Assembly: GCA_947630765.1 (NCBI GenBank)
Contig: CANRIX010000002.1
Coordinates: 103,387-167,386 of the forward strand
DNA from: an uncultured Clostridia bacterium
GTDB lineage: Bacteria; Bacillota; Clostridia; Oscillospirales; CAG-382
Direction: 5' to 3'
DNA length: 64,000 nt
This document shows, piece after piece, positions 1 through 8,543 of the stretch (the stretch's first letter is position 1; each line of letters opens with the position of its first letter). The notes under the pieces are model-generated. The model saw only the letters and a program-made list of their open reading frames with translations, did no database searches and was not told the origin of the DNA. The position numbers were made by a program, and so were the translations under genes.

Positions 1-434
1 ACCAATTCGTCGAGAATGACCGGCAGGACGCTCTTCGCGCAGAACAGGTACGCCACGTTGTCCCGCAGCGCGATGTCGCCCAGCTTTTCGCGGGCGATCG
101 AGAGGTTCATCAGCGCACCCAGCAGGTCCCGGTGAGAGAGGGCGTCGGCGAACTTCTGCTGCACCGGCTCCGCCCGGACGCAGACGATGGGGAAGTCCCC
201 GTCGGCGTGCGGGCAGACCTCCTCGCACCCGAAACGCGCCATGACTCGCTCGCAGCCCTCCGCCCCGCCGAACAGCGTCAGCCCGGCGTAGGAAAACGCC
301 GAACGGTTCTGCAGGAGCAGACTGCGTTCCGCAAGCCCCAGAAAATCCGTAAACGCGTACCGTCCGCTCGCATACGCCCGTTCCGCCAGTTCGCCGAACC
401 GACGAAGCAGAACCTGTTCTTCCGAGTCCGGCAT
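1..434 (-). CDS. ylmH: YlmH-like S4/RNA-binding protein, N-terminal part (gene runs off the left edge)
   Basis: Own translation of the minus strand from ATG (434-432) gives MPDSEEQVLLRRFGELAERAYASGRYAFTDFLGLAERSLL...SHRDLLGALMNLSIAREKLGDIAL, which resembles the YlmH N-terminal region. It is absent from the ORF track because it has no stop inside the window. Confidence 0.55.
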   Translation of the reverse strand, partial: MPDSEEQVLLRRFGELAERAYASGRYAFTDFLGLAERSLLLQNRSAFSYAGLTLFGGAEGCERVMARFGCEEVCPHADGDFPIVCVRAEPVQQKFADALSHRDLLGALMNLSIAREKLGDIALRDNVAYLFCAKSVLPVILDEL

Positions 435-436
435 CG

Positions 437-1033
437 TCAGCCCTGCCCGTTTTCCGGCATCGGAAATCTTGCGGCACGCCGCATGACGAACCGGAGCAGG
501 AGCGCGTTCGCGAAGCTGACCACCCCGTCGCAGAGCAGGACGATATAGGTAAACGTATCCCGCACGGACGTGTTCCCGTCGTCCTTGGTAAACGGGTCGA
601 TCGTGATGAGCACCGTGCAGACGAGGAACGCGAGCGACACGCAAAGCACCGGGATCCACCAGACGGAATGCTGGAATTTGAGCTGAATGGCGTTTTGCAG
701 CTTGACGATGGCGGTGAGCATGATGCAGATATTGAGCAGGACGGACAGGCTGTTCGCGACGTCCTCGCTCTTGATGAGGATGCACACGCCGAGGACGATC
801 GCCAGGGCCCCGATGGAAAAACCGTAGGCGGCGGTATCCAGGTAGGCGTGGGTGAGGAAGTACTGAATGATCATCGCGGCGCCGAGGATGATCGCAAGTC
901 CGCCGAGCAGCTTCGCGAAGATGGCGGTGTCGATCCCCGTGAACAGCAGCAGGACCGCGATGACGATGTAGATGATGGGCAGCAGCAGGGTGAAAACCGT
1001 GCCGAGCTGACTGCCGAATAAGCCTTTCCGCAT
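437..1033 (-). CDS. HdeD/DUF308-like polytopic membrane protein
   Basis: 198-aa ORF with about 6 hydrophobic helices in the paired pattern typical of DUF308. It ends 2 nt before the ylmH start. A TTGCAT-17-TATACT promoter lies on the minus strand at about 1072-1100. Confidence 0.55.
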   Translation of the reverse strand: MRKGLFGSQLGTVFTLLLPIIYIVIAVLLLFTGIDTAIFAKLLGGLAIILGAAMIIQYFLTHAYLDTAAYGFSIGALAIVLGVCILIKSEDVANSLSVLLNICIMLTAIVKLQNAIQLKFQHSVWWIPVLCVSLAFLVCTVLITIDPFTKDDGNTSVRDTFTYIVLLCDGVVSFANALLLRFVMRRAARFPMPENGQG

Positions 1034-1160
1034 GCGTAAACCGACCTCTTTCCGTCGTGGGACGTCCTTTTTTCACAGTATAACCGATTTGCGGGGAAAA
1101 TGCAAGCGTTATCGCACAGGAAAAACGCCTTCCGCCGAAAAAAACCAACGAAAATAAAAA

Positions 1161-1349
1161 TACAATAAAATTTGTTCCGGAGGCGGACATGTGCCGCCGG
1201 AGGAACTCCTTAAGAGAAAAACGGCGAAGGCGGCGTCAGAATTGGCGCAAGCCGAGCCATTTTTCGACGAAAGGGGAGTATTTGGGGGGAAAACGCAGAG
1301 CAAGGCGACGCATAGCGGCGACGCCGCGATTGCGTTTGCCCCCCGAAAG
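1161..1349. repeat. Structured intergenic repeat, copy 1 of 3 (co-oriented with copies at 28891-29092 and 55994-56193)
   Basis: Near-identical core CCTTAAGAGAAAAACGGCGAAGGCGGCGTCAGAATTGGCGCAAGCCGAGCCATTTTTCGACGAAAGG. Left hairpin 1175-1205 (TTCC GGA GGCGG ACATGTG CCGCC GGA GGAA). Right long hairpin 1284-1344 (GGGGGGAAAACGC...GCGTTTGCCCCCC). Ends 4 nt from the TAA stop of the HAD gene. Confidence 0.85.
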
Positions 1350-1353
1350 AAAG

Positions 1354-2007
1354 TTATAAAATCTCCCTGCAGAACGCATTCAGCGACGGGTAGACCGCGG
1401 CATAGGCGCGGATCTCGTCGGTCGGCGGGAACAGGTCGGGGATCATGACCACCCGCGTCCCCGCCCGACGGGCGGATTCCAACCCCGCATAGCTGTCCTC
1501 GACCGCGTAGGCGTCCGCAGGCGATACGTCCAGCAGGCGGCAGGCGGTCAGGTAGATCTCCGGGTCCGGCTTGCCGTGCAGGAACATATCCCCGGTCGTC
1601 AGGACGTTGAAGTAGGCGCGGATGTTCGCCTGTTCGAGGTTCGCGATCGCGCCCTCCCGCCGGGTCGAGGTCGCCAGGGCGATGCGGAAACCGTTTTCGT
1701 GCAGGGCGGAAAGCGTTTCGTGCAGTCCGGGCTTGAGCGGCAGACCGCGTTCGTCGATCAGGCGGCGGAAGCAGGCGGTCTTGCGGGGACCGAAATCCGC
1801 ATAGGCGACTTTTCCGCCGAACCACGCGTCGAAGATCTTTTCCGTGTCCGCTCCGTTATGACCGGCACAGCGGTCGCGAATCTCCCGAATGTCGATGCCC
1901 ATCTCCTCGCCGACGATGTCCCACGCCTCGTAGTAGACGCGTTCCGTGTCGAACAGCACGCCGTCCATGTCGAATACGACGGCTCTCGGCTTTCTTGCTC
2001 CGTTCAT
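1354..2007 (-). CDS. HAD-IA family hydrolase (beta-phosphoglucomutase-like phosphatase)
   Basis: Start trimmed to MNGARKPRAVVFDMDGVLFDT. HAD motifs present: DMDG, GKPDPEIY, EDSYAGLESARRAG. ATGA overlap with the scfB stop (2004-2007). Confidence 0.8.
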   Translation of the reverse strand: MNGARKPRAVVFDMDGVLFDTERVYYEAWDIVGEEMGIDIREIRDRCAGHNGADTEKIFDAWFGGKVAYADFGPRKTACFRRLIDERGLPLKPGLHETLSALHENGFRIALATSTRREGAIANLEQANIRAYFNVLTTGDMFLHGKPDPEIYLTACRLLDVSPADAYAVEDSYAGLESARRAGTRVVMIPDLFPPTDEIRAYAAVYPSLNAFCREIL

Positions 2008-3419
2008 ACTGGCTCCTTGACCTCTTCTTCCCGCGGCTGCCGCAGCGCGACCTGCAGCATCAATGCGCATTCGATGCGCTTGCGGAACAGCCTGCACCCG
2101 TACTCGTACACGCCCCGGATGCTCCCGGACGCGTGTATGGCGTTCGCCGCACATCCGCCGGAACAGTACAGCTTCGCCCAGCAGTCCTTGCATTCCTCCC
2201 GTGCGTACACGCTGCACCCCTTGAACTCGTCCCGCAGGGCCGTATTCGTCACGCCCTGCCAGACGTCCCCCATTCGGTAGGCCGGCTCGCCGACGAACTG
2301 GTGGCAGGGGTAAAGCTCGCCGGTCGGCGTGACCGCGAGGTATTCCGTTCCGCTTCCGCACCCGGCGAGCCGCTTATACAGGCAGGGCCCGCCGGTCAGG
2401 TCGAGGTTGTAATGGTAGAAATGGAACCCCTTTCCGGCGCGTTCCCGGCGCAGCATCTCGGCGGCGAGAAGCTCGTACTGCTCGCAGACGATCGGGAAGT
2501 CCTCCTCCGTCAGGGCGGCGGGATCCCCGGGCGCACAGACGACCGGCTCCATGGACAGCTCGGTAAAGCCGAGGTCCGCCATATGCAGCAGGTCCGGCAG
2601 GAACGCCGCGTTGCGGTGGGTGAACGTGCCGCGGACGTAGTAGTTCCGCCCGCCCCGCTTTTCGACGAAACGCTGGAACTTCGGGACGATGACGTCGTAA
2701 CTGCCCTCCCCGGACGGGGTCTTGCGCAGCGCGTCGTGCGTTTCCTTCCGCCCGTCGAGGCTGAGTACGACGTTGTGCATCTCGCGGTTGGCGAATTCCG
2801 TCACCTCGTCGTCGAGCAGGACCCCGTTGGTGGTCAGCGTGAAGCGGAAGCGCTTGCCGGTCTCCTCCTCGCGGGAACGGGCATAGGCGACCAGGCGCTT
2901 GCAGACGTCCCAGTTCAGCAGCGGCTCCCCGCCGAAGAAATCCACTTCGAGGTTCCGCCGCTTGCCGGAATGTGCGATGAGGAAATCCAGCGCCTGCTTC
3001 CCGGTTTCGTAGGACATCAGCGCACGCGGACCGTGGTACCGCCCTTGCGACGCGAAGCAGTAGGAACAGTTGAGGTTGCAGGTGTGGGCGACGTGCAGGC
3101 AGAGCGCCTTGACTTCGGTCTTGCGGGCCTTCCAATCGACGGCGACGTTTTCGTAGGTGTCCTCGGTGAACAGCTTCTTCTGCGCACGCAGGGATTCGAC
3201 GTCCGCGTACAGCTCTTCGAGCGACGAAACCGTCACTCCCGGGTCGTCCCGGTATTTTTCGAGCATGCGGCGGGTCAGTTCCGCCCGGTCGGTGGTTTCG
3301 AAAAGGGAAATGACGTCGTAGGCGAGGTCATCGACGAGGTGGACCGAGCCGGAAAAGACGTCCAGCACGACGGAATAGCCGTGCAGCTTAAATTGATGGA
3401 TCAAAAAATCACACTCCAA
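2004..3419 (-). CDS. scfB: Radical SAM/SPASM thioether-forming SCIFF peptide maturase
   Basis: 471 aa with the CNLNCSYC radical-SAM motif and a C-terminal Cys-rich SPASM region (CKDCWAKLYCSGGC). Lies immediately downstream of the SCIFF precursor. Confidence 0.9.
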   Translation of the reverse strand: MECDFLIHQFKLHGYSVVLDVFSGSVHLVDDLAYDVISLFETTDRAELTRRMLEKYRDDPGVTVSSLEELYADVESLRAQKKLFTEDTYENVAVDWKARKTEVKALCLHVAHTCNLNCSYCFASQGRYHGPRALMSYETGKQALDFLIAHSGKRRNLEVDFFGGEPLLNWDVCKRLVAYARSREEETGKRFRFTLTTNGVLLDDEVTEFANREMHNVVLSLDGRKETHDALRKTPSGEGSYDVIVPKFQRFVEKRGGRNYYVRGTFTHRNAAFLPDLLHMADLGFTELSMEPVVCAPGDPAALTEEDFPIVCEQYELLAAEMLRRERAGKGFHFYHYNLDLTGGPCLYKRLAGCGSGTEYLAVTPTGELYPCHQFVGEPAYRMGDVWQGVTNTALRDEFKGCSVYAREECKDCWAKLYCSGGCAANAIHASGSIRGVYEYGCRLFRKRIECALMLQVALRQPREEEVKEPV

Positions 3420-3511
3420 TGCAGAGAACTACCCGCTGCGGAGCAGCGGGTAGAGCGCAGGCAAAAATCGCTTGGAACGGGGCAAACGCCCCACGGACCC
3501 CGCCGGGGACG

Positions 3512-3667
3512 TCAGTCCTTCTGCTCGTTCGCGTGTTCGCAGGGCTGGTTGGCGACGCCGCAGGAGGTCTTGCAGGCGGACTGGCAGGAGGTCTGGCATT
3601 CGCCGCAGCCGCCGTCCTTCAGGCTCTGCTGCAGGTCACGCGTCTCGATGGTCTGAATACGTTTCAT
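3512..3667 (-). CDS. scfA: SCIFF (six-cysteines-in-forty-five) ranthipeptide precursor
   Basis: 51-aa MKRIQTIETRDLQQSLKDGGCGECQTSCQSACKTSCGVANQPCEHANEQKD contains the hallmark GGCGECQTSCQSACKTSC core. The track hides it inside a 133-aa ORF. ATG at 3667-3665. Confidence 0.9.
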   Translation of the reverse strand: MKRIQTIETRDLQQSLKDGGCGECQTSCQSACKTSCGVANQPCEHANEQKD

Positions 3668-3701
3668 TGGTATGTTCGCTCCTTTTCGCTTTTTTCGTCC
3701 C

Positions 3702-3730
3702 ATTATACCGCATTCTGCGCCGTTTGTCAA
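3702..3730 (-). promoter_or_regulatory. Sigma-A-type promoter for scfA (TTGACA-17-TATAAT)
   Basis: Minus strand reads TTGACAaacggcgcagaatgcggTATAAT about 35 nt upstream of the scfA start. Confidence 0.5.
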
Positions 3731-3952
3731 GCGTTTCCGCAAGGTTTTTTCGGGAACGCGCAGCCGGATTTGCCGAAGCAGGCAGAACGCCTGTTTTGTA
3801 AAAACCTGATAAACATTTCCCGGGAAAACCAGGAGAATCGACGACAAAACGGCATTTTCGGCAGGAAAACCGTTATTTCGCAAGGAGAAAATTTGTTCGA
3901 CAGGAATGCACACGGTTCGGCAGGACCCGAAAAGAAATTTTTGTTATCGCTC

Positions 3953-3981
3953 TTGACAGGGTGCGGGGAATGCAGTATAAT
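3953..3981 (+). promoter_or_regulatory. dcw/mraZ promoter (TTGACA-17-TATAAT)
   Basis: TTGACAgggtgcggggaatgcagTATAAT, 116 nt upstream of mraZ. Confidence 0.55.
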
Positions 3982-4011
3982 AAAATTAACTTATATTCTT
4001 TTGCCTTCTTG

Positions 4012-4036
4012 GTGGGAAAAAGTGGTAGAAAAAGGC
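4012..4036 (+). promoter_or_regulatory. Candidate MraZ operator (GTGG-type direct repeats with 10-bp period)
   Basis: GTGGGaaaaaGTGGTagaaaaaGGCAA lies between the promoter and mraZ. Two clear repeats at 4012 and 4022, plus a weak third. Confidence 0.3.
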
Positions 4037-4096
4037 AAATTTTTCCAGGAAAACCCATGATTTGGGGGAATTTTGGCGGAAAGGAGGATGCTTCCG

Positions 4097-4513
4097 ATGT
4101 TTACAGGGACCTATCGACATTCGCTCGACGCGAAGGGACGGCTGATGATCCCGACGAAGCTGCGCGAGGAGCTCGGCGAGTCGTTCATGCTGACGCGCGG
4201 GCTGCAGAACTGCCTGCGCCTGTACCCGATGCGGGAATGGGAAGTATTCGCCGCCAAGATCGCCGCCCTGCCGGAATCCAAGGCGCGGGACATCCGCCAT
4301 TACTTCTACGCGAACACCTTTGAAACCTCCCCGGACGCGCAGGGGCGCATCACGCTGCCCGCCGACTGCCGGCGGTTCGCGGGGCTGACCAAGAACGTCG
4401 TGCTCGTCGGGGACAACACCCGTTTGGAGATCTGGGACGAGGACAGCTGGGATCGCCTCGACCGCTCCAACTACGACGACGTCCTGCCGATGCTCGAGGA
4501 GCTGGGCTTCTGA
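4097..4513 (+). CDS. mraZ: Transcriptional regulator MraZ
   Basis: MFTGTYRHSLDAKGRLMIPTKLRE... has the two SpoVT/AbrB-like repeats. Start moved to ATG 4097, which sits 9 nt after AAGGAGG. Confidence 0.9.
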   Translation: MFTGTYRHSLDAKGRLMIPTKLREELGESFMLTRGLQNCLRLYPMREWEVFAAKIAALPESKARDIRHYFYANTFETSPDAQGRITLPADCRRFAGLTKNVVLVGDNTRLEIWDEDSWDRLDRSNYDDVLPMLEELGF

Positions 4514-5439
4514 TGGCGTACCGACATACGACCGTGCTGCTGCACGAACTGGTGGACGCGGTGTTCACCGACCCGGACGGGGTCTACATCGACTGCACGC
4601 TCGGCGGCGGCGGACACACGTCGCTGCTACTCTCCCGCCTTTCCGAACGGGGGCGGGTCGTCGGGGTGGACCGCGACGGCGACGCCCTGCAGCATGTGCG
4701 TGAAACCGTTCGCGACGACCGCTTGCTGCTCTGCAAGCGCAACTACGCGCAAATCGCGGAGATCGCGCGGGAATTCGCGCCGGACGGCGTGACCGGGATC
4801 CTCGCGGACCTCGGGGTTTCGGGGCAGCAGCTTGACGACGCCGAACGCGGCTTCTCCTACGGCGCGGACGCGTTCTTGGATATGCGCATGGACCGTTCCC
4901 AACCGCTGACCGCCTGCGACGTGGTCAACACCTACCCGAAGGAGGAACTGGTCCGCATCCTGCGCGATTACGGCGAGGAGCGCTTCGCCGGACGGGTCGC
5001 CGACCGCATCGTCCGCGCCCGCGAACAAGCCCCGCTCCGCACGACGAAGGAGCTTGCGGCCGTCGTTTCCGCGGCCCTGCCGAAGCAGAACAAGTCCGAA
5101 GGGCACCCCTGCAAGCGGACCTTCCAAGCGATCCGCATCGAGGTCAACGGGGAGCTGTCCGGGGTGGAGAGCCTGCTTTCGGACGGGGTGCCGTGCCTGA
5201 AGAGCGGCGGACGGATGGGGGTCATCAGCTTCCATTCGCTGGAGGACAGGCTGGTCAAAACCGCCTTCGCCCGCTGGGAGAACCCCTGCACCTGCCCGAA
5301 GGACTTCCCGGTCTGCGTCTGCGGGAAGAAGCCGGTCGTCCGGGTGCTGACCCGCAAGCCGATCCTGCCGGGCGAAGCGGAACTGCAGGCCAATCACCGT
5401 GCGCACAGCGCCAAACTGCGGTGCTGCGAAAAACTTTGA
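4513..5439 (+). CDS. rsmH: 16S rRNA (cytosine1402-N4)-methyltransferase
   Basis: 308 aa. Motifs HTTVLL..E..D...D.TLGGGGHT and ISFHSLEDR. Start overlaps the mraZ stop by 1 nt. Confidence 0.9.
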   Translation: MAYRHTTVLLHELVDAVFTDPDGVYIDCTLGGGGHTSLLLSRLSERGRVVGVDRDGDALQHVRETVRDDRLLLCKRNYAQIAEIAREFAPDGVTGILADLGVSGQQLDDAERGFSYGADAFLDMRMDRSQPLTACDVVNTYPKEELVRILRDYGEERFAGRVADRIVRAREQAPLRTTKELAAVVSAALPKQNKSEGHPCKRTFQAIRIEVNGELSGVESLLSDGVPCLKSGGRMGVISFHSLEDRLVKTAFARWENPCTCPKDFPVCVCGKKPVVRVLTRKPILPGEAELQANHRAHSAKLRCCEKL

Positions 5440-5478
5440 AAATTTTCTGTTTACTATAAAAAAAGGAAGTGGAACATC

Positions 5479-6063
5479 ATGGCAACGCCCGTGAAAAATC
5501 CCCCGCAGGGGACGACCGTTCGGCAAAACGCTTCGTCCGGCGCACGGAGGGCTGCTCCCGCCGGACGCGGAAACGGCAAAACACCCCCCGCCGTCCGTAA
5601 GGGTCAGAAGGGTTCGCGTCGTCGCGCCGTCCGTTGGGTGTCGTTCAAAACGTTGCGCAAGCGCCGGGAGGACCGCAAGCCGTTCCCGCTCGGGATGATT
5701 TGTATCCTCGGGCTTATCACGGTCCTGCTTCTTTTTATGATGATGAACTACGCGGAGATCGATCGGTACAACGGCGAGATCCGCGACCTCAACAACCAGC
5801 TCGCGGAACTGAAAACCGAACAGACCAAGCTCAACAACCGGCTGGACGGGCGGGACAACTTTGACGCGTACCGCGCGTTCGCCGAAGAGAATCTCGGCAT
5901 GATCAAGGATACGAACGAGCCGGACCAGATCATCCTCCCCGATTTCGAGGATCGGACCGAGATCGCCGAGCAGACCGGGTCCGTCGAGGAGGAAGGCGGG
6001 GTCGGCTACCTGCTTTCCGGGATCGCGGAGGTCCTGCGGGGATTCCTGCCGCAAGGGAAATGA
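5479..6063 (+). CDS. ftsL: FtsL-like cell-division protein (basic N-tail, single TM, coiled coil)
   Basis: Position between rsmH and the PBP gene. TM FPLGMICILGLITVLLLFMMM followed by leucine-zipper-like IRDLNNQLAELKTEQTKLNNRL. Confidence 0.6.
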   Translation: MATPVKNPPQGTTVRQNASSGARRAAPAGRGNGKTPPAVRKGQKGSRRRAVRWVSFKTLRKRREDRKPFPLGMICILGLITVLLLFMMMNYAEIDRYNGEIRDLNNQLAELKTEQTKLNNRLDGRDNFDAYRAFAEENLGMIKDTNEPDQIILPDFEDRTEIAEQTGSVEEEGGVGYLLSGIAEVLRGFLPQGK

Positions 6064-6150
6064 TCGCGTCATGATTGCGCCGTCCGGCGCATATAGTAAG
6101 GAACGGAAACGCACAGACGCGTCTTGCGAAAAACACGAAAGGAAACCGAC

Positions 6151-8514
6151 ATGGAGCAGGGAAAGAACACGTCCCAACCGAATCTGCCTGCAGAACCGTC
6201 GAAGCCCGGGCGCTCCGACCGTCGCGGAAAGCGCGGGAAGCGCCGCTCCCTGACGCACCGTATCATCGTCCGCCGCGGCAAGGCGGCGCTGGTGGTGATG
6301 CTGGTCCTGCTCGTCGCGCTTTGCGGGCGGCTCGCGTTCCTGCAACTGCTCGACCCGTACCACTACGCCGAAAAGGCGGTGGAGCAGTATACGTTCGAAA
6401 CCAAACTCGAAGCCAAGCGGGGAACCATCTTCGCGTCCGACGGGACCACGAAACTCGCCGTCAGCGCGACGACGCAAACCGTGTTCATCTCGCCCGCCGA
6501 CGTCCTGAAGGCAGGCACCGAAGTCACGGCGGAACAGGAGGCGTCCGGGATTACCCCGCCGGGCGAAGAAGCGCATATCCGCATGATTGCGCAAGGGCTT
6601 GCCGCCTGCCTCGACGATTACGACGCGCAAACGCTCATCGACAAATACAACAACCTCGGCGAGCGCAAAACGAAGGTCAAATACCTCATCGTCAAGAAGG
6701 ACATCGGCGAAGAGGAGGAGGCGAAGGTCCGCAAGTTCATTTCCGACAACGGTCTTGAACTGCAAATCGCGCTGGAGGAAGGCACCAAGCGCTACTACCC
6801 GTACAGCACCCTCGCGTCCCAGCTTCTCGGCTTTGTCGGCTCGGACAACGACGGGCTGACCGGGCTGGAATACACCTACAACGAGGAACTCGGCGGCGTC
6901 GACGGCCGCGCCGTGCAGGCGCAGGACGCCAGGGGCAACCAGCTCGCGTACAACTACGAAAGCTACATCGCCGCACAGGACGGGCTGAATCTCGTCACGA
7001 CCATCGACTGGACGGTCCAATCGACCGTTGAAAAGTATCTCCGGGAAACCTATTACCAGCACGAGCCGGAGGGACGGGTGTCCTGCATCGTCATGGACGT
7101 CGATACCGGCGAGATCCTCGCTTTGGCGATCTATCCATCGTTCGACCTGAACAACTACGCGACCCTTTCGACCGAATACCAAAACAAGCTCGACGCCTAC
7201 GAGGGCGAGGATAAGGACGCGTATCTCGCGACCCTGCGCAACGAGATGTGGAACAACACCATCGCCTCCCAGACCTACGAGCCCGGCTCGACCTTCAAGG
7301 TCATCACGGCCGCCATGGCGCTGGAAACCGGGTCGATCACGACGACGCAGGGGTTCGACTGCGGGCTGGTGCTCAACATTTCCGGCTACCCGATCCACTG
7401 CTGGTCCCGCGTCAACCACGGTACGCAGACCATCGCCAAAGCGCTCGTCAATTCCTGCAACCCGGCGCTCGCGAAGGTTGGCTTGGCCGTCGGACAGGAG
7501 AATTTCGCCAAATACTTCGAGGAATTCGGCTACACCGCACCGACTGGGGCGGATCTGGTCGGCGAAGCGTCCTCGATCTACTACGAGACCACCGGCACCC
7601 AGTTCGGCGACCTCGAGCTCGCGGTCTACTCCTTCGGGCAGACCTTCAAGATCACCATGCTCCAGCACATCGCTGCGCTTTCCGCTGTCGCGAACGGGGG
7701 GCATCTCGTCACCCCGCACGTCGGCAAGTACCTGACCGACCAGAACGGCAAGGTCGTCAAGACCTTCCCGAACGGCAGCGTCCGGCAGGTGGTTTCCGAG
7801 TCGGTGTGCAAGGAGATCATGTCCTACCTCGTCGATTCCACGGCGAACGCCAATGTTACCGGTTACCACGTCGTTTCCAAGACCGGGACGTCCGAAAAGC
7901 GGGATACCGTCCGCGAGGACGACTATATTTCCTCCTGCGTGACCTTCGCCCCGGCGGAGGACCCCCGCGTCGCCGTCCTCGTTACGGTCGACACGCCGAA
8001 CAACGCCTACGGCTACTACGGTTCGCAGGTGGCGGCGCCCGCCGTCAGCAGTATCCTCAAGGATATCCTCAAGCACCTCGGCATCTCTCCGAGCGAAACG
8101 GAAGGCGCCGTCGAGATGCGTACGGTTTCGGATTACCGCGGGACGCCGGTGGACGAGGCGAAGCACGCCATCGAAGCGCTCGGGCTGGAATGCGTCGTGC
8201 GCGGAGAGGGTGAAACGGTCAACAGCCAGATGCCGCGGAACGACGTCAGCGTCGCCGTGGGCGGACGCGTCATCCTGTATACCGGCGACGCGACGCCGGA
8301 AGCGACGGTCACGGTGCCGGATGTGCACGGTCAGTCGCCGGAAACGGCGCTGCGGGTCCTGCAGCAGCGCGGACTGAACGTCCGGCTGGACGGCATCTAC
8401 AACGAGAACACCGAAAACTGTTACGCGGACCGGCAATCCATCGAAGCGGGCGAAACGGTCGAGCCGGGGACGGTCATCACCGTCACCTGCCGCTACCAGT
8501 CGCTCAACGACTAA
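6151..8514 (+). CDS. Class B penicillin-binding protein (FtsI/PBP2B/SpoVD type) with two C-terminal PASTA domains
   Basis: Transpeptidase motifs STFK, SCN and KTGT. Two PASTA-like repeats at the C-terminus. Start taken at ATG 6151 (MEQGKN) after GAAAGGAAA. Confidence 0.85.
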   Translation: MEQGKNTSQPNLPAEPSKPGRSDRRGKRGKRRSLTHRIIVRRGKAALVVMLVLLVALCGRLAFLQLLDPYHYAEKAVEQYTFETKLEAKRGTIFASDGTTKLAVSATTQTVFISPADVLKAGTEVTAEQEASGITPPGEEAHIRMIAQGLAACLDDYDAQTLIDKYNNLGERKTKVKYLIVKKDIGEEEEAKVRKFISDNGLELQIALEEGTKRYYPYSTLASQLLGFVGSDNDGLTGLEYTYNEELGGVDGRAVQAQDARGNQLAYNYESYIAAQDGLNLVTTIDWTVQSTVEKYLRETYYQHEPEGRVSCIVMDVDTGEILALAIYPSFDLNNYATLSTEYQNKLDAYEGEDKDAYLATLRNEMWNNTIASQTYEPGSTFKVITAAMALETGSITTTQGFDCGLVLNISGYPIHCWSRVNHGTQTIAKALVNSCNPALAKVGLAVGQENFAKYFEEFGYTAPTGADLVGEASSIYYETTGTQFGDLELAVYSFGQTFKITMLQHIAALSAVANGGHLVTPHVGKYLTDQNGKVVKTFPNGSVRQVVSESVCKEIMSYLVDSTANANVTGYHVVSKTGTSEKRDTVREDDYISSCVTFAPAEDPRVAVLVTVDTPNNAYGYYGSQVAAPAVSSILKDILKHLGISPSETEGAVEMRTVSDYRGTPVDEAKHAIEALGLECVVRGEGETVNSQMPRNDVSVAVGGRVILYTGDATPEATVTVPDVHGQSPETALRVLQQRGLNVRLDGIYNENTENCYADRQSIEAGETVEPGTVITVTCRYQSLND

Positions 8515-8543
8515 AAAACCTGTTGTAAGGAAGAAAGAGCAAA

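Noticed and set aside
1161-1172. -10-like hexamers (TACAAT, TACGAT, TATAAT) at a conserved distance upstream of hairpin 1, suggesting a plus-strand sRNA promoter
   Set aside because: This is not favoured. No conserved -35 box is present and no terminator exists on the plus strand, since the RNA would run antisense into the convergent gene. The same AT-rich tract serves as the U-tail of a hairpin terminator on the minus strand. It remains testable by TSS mapping.
1191-1448. Possible small proteins encoded inside the three repeat copies (1191-1448, 28920/28922-29243, 56026/56076-56556)
   Set aside because: The shared peptide-like strings (AQAEPFFDE, RRRQKWRKPS) switch frame between copies because of 1-nt indels, and the ORFs extend arbitrarily into antisense of neighbouring genes. 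The conservation is therefore at the nucleotide and structure level, not the protein level.
1995-3656. 553-aa plus-strand ORF overlapping scfB and scfA
   Set aside because: It is antisense to the SCIFF maturase and precursor and has no recognisable domains.
3731-3950. 220-nt gap between the scfA and mraZ promoters with recurring GGAAAACC strings, considered as a possible sRNA or regulatory repeat
   Set aside because: The motifs are short, irregularly spaced and of low complexity. No convincing hairpin, promoter or terminator pair was found.
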